NCBI GenBank assembly: GCA_964415355.1
Contig: CAYPYS010000001.1
Location: forward strand, 283,819 to 347,818
Origin: an uncultured Planctomycetia bacterium
Lineage (GTDB): Bacteria > Omnitrophota > Gorgyraeia > Gorgyraeales > Gorgyraeaceae
Reading direction: 5' to 3'
Length of the DNA stretch: 64,000 nt
The position numbers were made by a program, and so were the translations under genes. How positions within the stretch are numbered: position 1 is the stretch's first letter; the number at the start of each line of letters is the position of its first letter. Below are positions 54,001 through 63,000 of this stretch, one piece after another. Below the pieces are notes generated by a model. It was not told the origin of the DNA, did not search any database, and saw nothing but the letters and a program-made list of their open reading frames with translations.

Positions 54001-57000
54001 TCTGAGCAAAGTTTTCCATTCTGCATCAGCCTGGGCCAACATAGCATTTATCTGGCTGACTGTTTCCTTCCATGGATAATTCTCAACTAGCCCTAAAATA
54101 GCTTGTCCTTCTTGTAAAAGCGCATCTAATTCTTCAAACCCTTCTTCTTTACGGCTAAGTAGTTGGTTCAGATCAGCCTTTGCTTCGTTCTTAAGCCTTA
54201 TGATCTCAGCCTCGACCTGCTCTAGCTCTTGCCTGATATCTTGAGTAGCCTGTCTTTCCGCGGTTTCTCTTTCTGAAATCCTTCTATATATATCAGCTGC
54301 TATCTGTTCTTGCTCTAACATCTTTTCATAAATCGCTTTGACCTCTTTATTGGCACTTGTTATTTTCTCTATGGTAATCCTGCCTCTAATATTACAACCA
54401 TGTTTTCTCAGCGAAGCGCCTAATTCATCAGAAAGCTTCCTATAAGCAGACAATGTCTTCGCAAATTCAGCCTTCAAGGCCTCGTATTCCTTATAGGCTT
54501 TTTCTTTCTGTGCTGCAGCTTGTTCATAGATAGAAAGTTTTGCTTCTATCTGCTTGACCATTTCCCTCCAGCCAGGCACACTAGTCTCGCTGACTTTAAC
54601 GATCTTTTCATACGCAGCCAGTGCTGGCTCTTCTATTCCAGGCGTCTTGGCTTTGGTTCCAGAAACTACGCTGGAAAGACTATTAAAATTATCAGCGATC
54701 CTCTGTCCAGCCCCTTCTAATATAGGCACTATCTTTGCCATGAATTCCCTTGTTGGCTGAGCCTGTCTTAACCTAAAATCCTCTATTGCCCGATTGATAT
54801 CTCTGATCAATACATTAAAATCTCCCAATTTATCTTCTGCTTGCCTTATCTTGTTTTCGACTTCTTGTTTTACAGAATCAGATTTTGCCAAAAATTCCAT
54901 TAATACTCCCAGGCTTTCTGCTCTGGCAGCTTCTGAGCAAGACAGATAATAAGCCTCGCTAGTCTGGACAGCTTCATTAATAGTTTTTATTACCTCAAGA
55001 TAGATCGCATTGCGCCGCGCAAGAAAAGCCTGTGATTGGGCAGGCATGTCTTCCTTGAGATACTTCTCTAATTCAGCTAAATGATCTTTGAGTTCGCTAA
55101 GCCCCTGCTCGACTGTAGTGCGATCTTCGCGCATATTCTCTATTATCTTAGTTGCCTGAGCGAGCGCTCTATCAAAAAGCTCTTGCATCTTAGTATTTTG
55201 AGCCTTTACGACTCTTGCGTTCTCCTTGACAGTCGCCAGGCCTTCTGACATTTCCAGAGATACCTTTTCACGCAAGGCAGTAGAAAACCTTTCTGCTTCT
55301 CTAGTGGCAGCTTCCCATTTCTCGGCTGATGCTACTAAGAGCTCGCTTCCTTTTAACTGCTTCTCCCTCAGACTGGCAAGTAGGCCAAGCATATCCTGCC
55401 ATGCCTCAGTCTGTAGATCGATCACTGCCAGGTTGAATTCTTCATCATAGGCTGCCTTCTGGCCCTTTGTCATATTCTTGATCTGTCTCCTAAAAATAGA
55501 CCTACTTACCCTACGGCCTATAAACCTTGAAACCCCGCGAGTAAGTTTTGCCTGGCTGATATTCCTTAAGATCCTAAGCGTCTCAAATAATGTACCGACT
55601 CCAGCCCCTACTGCAAGCCCTGTACCTATTGCCAGGCCTTTTAAAGCAAAGGCTATGCCCACTGCTATTGAAGGCGCCACTATCACTAATGCCGATGCTA
55701 GTAATCCAGACCTGGATCTTCTAGCCAAAGCATCTCTTACATCGATGACTCCTGCATGCCTTGCATCATCTTTCACTACCATCATTGAGCCATCTGCATT
55801 CTGTACACTAGAACTCCCTTTAGTGTACAACCTTCCTCCAAATGCAGCTCTTTCTATAAGTGATTTTATTGCCCAGCCTATGCCTAGAAACGGAAGGCTA
55901 GATACTAAAGCTGCTCTTTTAGCTTTCTCGGCTTGTTGCTGCTGGCGTATCCTACTGGCTGCTTTTTCTTTTATTTCTTTTTTCTTAGTTTCAATAGCCT
56001 GCTGGCGCAGCCATGCAAGTATCGCATTTATACCAATGCGCCTGCTTAGTTCTGTTTCCTCAGGAGAAACAACTCTAACCTTCTCTCTATGGGCTCTTCT
56101 AGCTTCCTCAAGGGCCTGTCTATCTTCAGAGCTGGCCTCTTCTACCAGCATAAGTTTGATCTCATCAATAATTCCTTGAATAGCTCCTATATCAGCCCCC
56201 GATCTTTTAATGGCGCCCTGCCATAAGAAAAATGGATAACAGATGGCTGTATCGCTGTAAAAAGCTGCTGAGCCTTTATCGCCCTTAGCGTTCCTTATCG
56301 CTCTTTCTATCTGCGCCCTAAAATCTTGATCTATTTTTCTCTTGCGCTTTTCAAGTTCGCCTGCAAGTTTCTCTAATCTCTTAAGTTCATCGCGATCTAA
56401 AACAAAACTTGCCTGGCTGCCGGATTCCATTGACAACATGACTTCTGTGGTTAATTTATCCGGCAACCCTTCTGCATCCCTGTAAAAAGCCTGTATCCGG
56501 CTAAGGTTTTCATGCATCCTGGTCAGATCTTCTGCTTTCATATTCTCGGCCAGACGGTCAAATTCCTCGACTAATTCAGTCTTTTTTCCATACACAAACG
56601 CTATTAGAAACTCCATGAGCTCCCTGATTTGCGAGATTACAGCAACCTTCTTTTTTGCTTCAACTGTAAGTTCTGGTTTAGCTATAACAGGCTCCGCCTC
56701 TACTGCTGCTGGCGCCGGGGGTTCTTCTGGAGCAACTTCTTCCGGGGCTACCTCAGAACTAACAGCCTCTAAAGTCTCTTCAGCTGTTTCCTCTTCCGCC
56801 AACGAAATATCAACTACATGGAAATATTTTTCTAGAATTTCCTCTGCTTCTGCTATATATTCTTTAAAAGTCAGTTCTGGCGAACCTATCTTTGTCCCAT
56901 GCGCTCTCATCTCTATTAGCGCAGCCTGCAATACAGCGTCCTCCCTGGGTACATGCAGCCTTGCTATATTGTCTCCACCTATGATCAAATCAGGTATTTT

Positions 57001-60000
57001 TATATTAGATAAAGCATATTCTATATCTCCTGCTGATAAAGGCAGCGAAGTCTCATCATGATAATGATATCTGACAGGAGATAACAACCCTTGACCAGAA
57101 GTATCGCCTGATACTGACATATAATCAGAAAAGCCATTTCGAAATGCTACTGTAACCCTATTTCTGCGTTTTACAGAAACTACCCTGCCTGTTGGTGTCA
57201 TACCAATGATACCGCCTGTTTCAAAGAAAAGCTCATCTCGTAAATTGCGTTCCAGGCGCTCGCGAGTTTCAAGATCTTCTATATCCAGCACATTAAGCAT
57301 AAAATCTATAACATCAGGATCGCCTTCTATAGCTACCCTAATATCTGAAAGCGTCACTTTCTCCCCTGACTCTAGGGCTTCGGATAAGGGCTTACCATTC
57401 ACAGTCAGCCTTAAAGGCCTGGCAGATTTTAAGCTAGCCCTACTTCTATATGTTGTTTGTTGAATCTTGGATTCCCCCGGGGATATGCATATTAAATTAT
57501 TTAAAGGCCTATCTGTCCATGTAAAATCAAATACATATGAAGCATTGCGTACATCTATCTGAGCTTCTTTTGCCCTAAGAGCTTCTTCTCTTAGAACAGG
57601 CGCGGCCGCTTCAATCATCTCAACATATCCAGCAACCTCTGCGGGAATAGCCTTATCTGTTTCTACTGGTGCTGGCATACTCGCAACTGGGGCAGTGACT
57701 GGCCTACCAAGACTTTCCCTTAAGCGAACACATATTCTTCTCAATAATTCATCGGCATTCTGCTCCTTCCAATCTTTACCTAGATAGTACTCGCGTGCTT
57801 TTAACATCTTCTCAGAAGGCCATCTATCAGATTCACGAGAAATAATGCGTAATGTGTTCTCCGCTAATTCTTCTATGCTCCTAAATACATATCCAATCTG
57901 CAATTCCCTCTTTTTTTGTGGGCCGGTCTGTCGCGTTAAAATCAGATCATAGACTCCTGGCCCTGACGGCGTTACAGAAACCCCTGACACCTGCTCAAGT
58001 AACCTTGATAACTCATGTAGAAATTTATCTATGAGGGCTGTCTGTTCTTTCGTATCTTTAGCCTCTGGAGCCAGTAAAACCATATCAATATCTCGTCTGG
58101 AACCTGACTTTAGATACCGGGTGCCTCCTACTATAATCGCTTCAATAGGCCTGCCCAATTTCTTACTAAGCGAGCGACTTGTTTCAGCGACAAAACTCTC
58201 TAATAGCGATAGGTTAATCTCATCCTTCTCTACGTTCCAGAATTCATTTGATTTATCAGTATAGGCCGATGTTTCTTCAGGTGGCGTATCGGCTTTCTTT
58301 ATCTCAGACAGCGAAGCTCCTTCAGCTGGAGCTTCAGCAGCTTCTGGCTCTGGCTCAGTTTGCTCTGTGTCTTCAGCTAATTTAGCTGGTGCTTCTGATG
58401 GAGCAACGATCCCCTGGTCTGGTGTCTCTCCTAAGATCGCGTCTATATGTTCTTGATTTTTTTCTACTTGAGCAGCGTAAAATTCTGCCAGCTTTATCCA
58501 TTCGGCCAAATATTCCTCAGAAATCCCCACTCTCTCGGCATACTCGAGCTGCTGGGTTAAAGTCAGGCTATCCGTATAACCTAACCTTCTTAACTCGCCT
58601 ATATCAGACTCGGAAAGATGAATACAATCCCTAATTAATATATATACCTGGAATATCTCTAACAGTTCATGAATAAGCCCAAATTTCTGGTCTGCCTCAC
58701 TGTTAAGCTCAGGATGAGCTGGATTTAAAACTACCTCTGCGCTGACCACCTCTCTGGCTTCAAGATCATACGATACAGTCGCGCTCGCAAGCTTCGGCAT
58801 CCCGTCAGCAGCATCTCCTGTTTCTTCGGCAAGTTCATGTTTCTTATAGACCAAATCAGGGTCTTCTCTAAACGTTACCCCGCAGGTCTGCTGTATTATG
58901 CTAAAAAGAACGTCCAAATCGATCAGCTCTTTAAAAAGCTGTTGCACATCTTTTACGCTCGTCGTAGGCATAGTTTTTTCTTCGCCCGGCTGCCCTGCAG
59001 ACAAGGTCACTCTTTCTATCCTATCCGTTTCGTCCATCTTATCTTTATAGAGTGCAAATAAGCGCTCTTGTTCTGAAATTATAGAAGCTATCTTTTCCAG
59101 CTGAGATGGTTCAAGATTTATTGTTAACTCAGAATTAAAAACGAGCGCCTCTATATCATCCAACAAACGATCTACTGTCCTAAGAGTACTCAAGACATCT
59201 CTCAACATATTTATATTATGAAATAAAAAATGCACTGCTTTAATAGGTCCCAGAAAATCCCACGTATCCGAATCTTCGGGAGGAACAGTTAAGCTATCGA
59301 TATCCCTCTGGATAAGTGATAGGGCAGAATCTATGCGCTCATATAGCTCTTTTAATTGAGGCTGTTCCGGCATCCCGACATCCCCATCTATTATATTTAA
59401 CCTACCTATTTCTTTTTTTAACTTAGATCTTTCTTTAACACTTGTGGATCTTAATGTAGAAAGTAAGTCCTCTTGCTCGTATTCTGTATACAGCGCCTCA
59501 GCTGGTGATTTAGAATCCTCTTCTTTTTCTCCTGTAAGAACTGGTATGTCTGCTTCTGGGATTGATTTACCAAGCCTACTATATCTCTCTGCCCAAATTT
59601 CGAATAATCTACGTTTGACAACTCTAACGGCTTCAAATGTTTCCTTTAATTGCCCCCACTCAAAAAGTCCTCCTGTTGCTAGAACCCCATCCATTACAGC
59701 TTCTGCATCGTCTAACTCTAAATCTATCTCCTCTAATGCCTGCCTTGAGCTTTTTACAGCCTTTTCAGAGTCATCTCTTTTTAATCTATTGATTTCTTTG
59801 TCTATCCTTCTCCTGATATCTTCTAAGGCTTTTGCTATTCTAAGTGAATCTGAAAGCGATGCCAGAACTTTTCTTATTGCAGGGATTGCTGCCTCAAAAG
59901 TCTCTGCATATCTGGTTGCTGCGTCAAGATCATTAATAAGTTCAGTAGATACTTCACCGCCTATTTGTCTGAGCATATCAACCCTGCCAGCCCAGGCTTT

Positions 60001-63000
60001 TGTAAATTCTTCTCCTACTCTTTCTTCATCGGAAGCCAGTTCCTGCAACTCATCCAAGAGTGCCTTTTCAATCATATCAGGTAGACCTAATAAATCTTCT
60101 GTTCCTGATAAACCACAAATAACCTCATCCACTGTCCGCATTGCAGGATTATCGCGGTAAAACTCCTCTATTATCTCCTGCATAGTGGGTTCCAATACTT
60201 CAGTCTCAAGGTCCCTAAAAGCAAAACTCAAATATCCTACATCTAATAAATCCATCAATTCTTTCATTTCATCTTCGGAAAATTTTTCGAGAATAGACCT
60301 GACAATCTCACTGGTTGCTGCTTTTGGTTGCTGATTTATTTCTGTCTGCAATGTCAAGTAAGATGGGCTTTCTTCGATTTGCTGTGGGATCTTTCCCATA
60401 TGGACCAATAGCAATATCAATCTTATCCTGTCAAGCGCTGTGCATAATATAATTCTGGAATTATCATCGGATCCTGTCAGATGTTCCTCGGCAAGATCCA
60501 ATAAAGCACTGACCATTCTTCGTGCTAAAAGAGGAAGATTTTCAAGAAGCCCCCTTGTCTCAATAATATAAGATTTCATATAGCGCTCACGCAATTCAAC
60601 TAAACTCTGCGCCATCCTTTTATTCCGCCTAGATTCTGGCTGATAACCTGTGCCTTTATTACGAAATTTAAAATCAACCCTTAAATCAGCGATTTCTGCA
60701 TCACTATAGCCAAGTGTTTTCTGCAGGTAACTAAAATATCTATCTTGGAATCTTGAAAATATATCAGGGAAATTATCACGGGCAATGGTTATAAGCCCTA
60801 AAAACTGCGCATTTTTACGCAATGTGGAAACCCTTACATAGTGAAAACCTTCCAGCTCTGGTAATACAGGCACATGCCCCATCACGCCGTCAAAGAAACT
60901 AGTTTGCGATTGTCCAGCGCCGCCGCCGCTTCCTTCAGGATCCACTGAATATCCTGTGCCGGTATTGGAATTTCCTAAAACATACCTATGGATAGAGGTC
61001 TTTTCTGTCAATGGCAGGGCTGCCATAAAACTCCAGGTCTTCATCCCTCTAAAGAAATGAGCCAGCATAATATTAAGAGCCTCTATTTCAAAATCTCCTG
61101 TCTGAGTAAGGATGTAAAAGTATGGGACAAAAGGAACTGCCGGTCTTTGTATTGGATAATGTATAACGCCTAGCTGCTCAAGGGCTTCCATGTAAATCCT
61201 CATTGCAAGACGATCACCTGGCGAGAACCTGTGTTCAGCAGATTTCTTACTGCTAGTATATCCCGACTTATTAATTCCTGTGTTTCTTATGCCACGTTTT
61301 GATGGCACCTTAAGCAAAAGATTAGTAATAGCTAATCTATCTTTTGTGCCTATATTATCAGCAGACTCTGCTGTCTCAAGCCCCTGGTTGCAATCTGTCC
61401 TTGGATCATAATATCCCTTAATAAAAGTAAAAAGTTTAGCCAGTCTGGACAACCTGCCTAGTTCAAAAGGAGAACTAAGATCTACCCCTTTAAAAAATCC
61501 TATTATTCTGACAGCCATCAGTGCTGATCTGGCTGCGATGGATAAATCTACACGCTTGCCTGTTGCACGATTGCCTTCTAGAGAAAAGCCTCTTAATGTC
61601 TCTTCAGGCCATGAGATAGCGCGTAATATTTTTAATGTCTCTTTGGATATCGGCCTTCCGCTAGATTTTGTCTTATGCGCTATAGCATTATCTCCACCCA
61701 TAAGAAGTAAGCTTAACTCTACAAGATCTTTGAATACAGTATTGTCACCGCCTATATTTCGTTCTTCTAATCTCACTAAAAGAGGGACCAGGGACTCTCC
61801 TATTTCTGCAAAAATATTTGCAAGATGGACGCATCTATCTGAACTGATAGTACTGCGGTCACCCAACAAGGCAAGCCCAAATGCGGTGATCATATCAGGG
61901 TCCTCGATTAATTTTTCCAAAATATTTTTAATAGTCTTGTCTTTTGTGTACTCTTTATCGTGATAACAGATATGAATAATAAACCCAAGAAAATCGCTCA
62001 CTATTTTTGATAGCGGGTGATTTCTTCCTGTTATCTTTTGCCATAACTCTAATATATCAGCGGGTTCTATTCTTCGGCCTCGCATAAACAGTGACTTCAT
62101 TGCTTTAAGTAGTAATCTATGATTAGAGTCTAAACTTAAAGCTACTTCTGCTGCAGCTTCTACAATATGCGCTTCTTGATCTTCGAGTGCCCACTTAGAT
62201 AATGCTGCGTATAGCTCTTCTATAATGTGTGAAACCACAATTACGCCAGAATCCCTGAGAAGAGGCCTGGATCCTATAATATTTTCGGCGTTTTTCCTGA
62301 CAGCTGGTTCAAGTCTGTCCAGATACCCTCTAAGTAATTTAATCGAGCTAAAGATATCAGCTGGGTTACCAAGCCTATTAATAAAATCAAGCGCTGTCTT
62401 ACGGCTTAGCGGCCTGGGAAAATATTTACTGAGAGTTTTCTCAACTGTCTCCTCTAAGAGAGTATCATGTCCTGCCTTTGCTATAGCCTGCCCAATAGTC
62501 TCTTCGCTGGCAGAATCTTCAGCTAAGGCTTCTTCTATAATACCAATGACTTCTCCCTTAATAGCCTGCTCTCCTTTTTCAGCAACTAAAAGAGGTCTCC
62601 TGCTGGCAATGCCTCTTGCCGCATCTTCGATGCGCTGGACAAACCCGGCAATCTCTGCTTCTATATCACTAAATACAGCCAATTTGCCATCTATATCTTT
62701 TTCCTGTGAAAGTCGAGCTTGAATACGTCGTTTCACTTCTTTATTGCTAAGTTTCAGGCGTTTTGCATCATTGCGCGCGTTCGTAATTGTTGCCTTGATC
62801 GCGTCAGGAATAAAGGCCTGCTTGAGTCCTGACAAGGCTTTACCAAGCGACCCTGCGCCAGCCGCTAACCTGTCTGAAATAGCAGTTACGATATTTCCTA
62901 ATTCAAAGACTCCCCCCAGACTCGAGAACTTATGAAAATGAAATCCCGGGAATCTTTCGTATAATTCTTCTGCGGCTTGCCATAACTCTTCCTGCGCTTT

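Noticed and set aside
407-59636. Other small minus ORFs (407, 7004, 26765, 39864, 41003, 59451)
   Set aside because: Out-of-frame overlaps with the open giant frame, with no recognisable products
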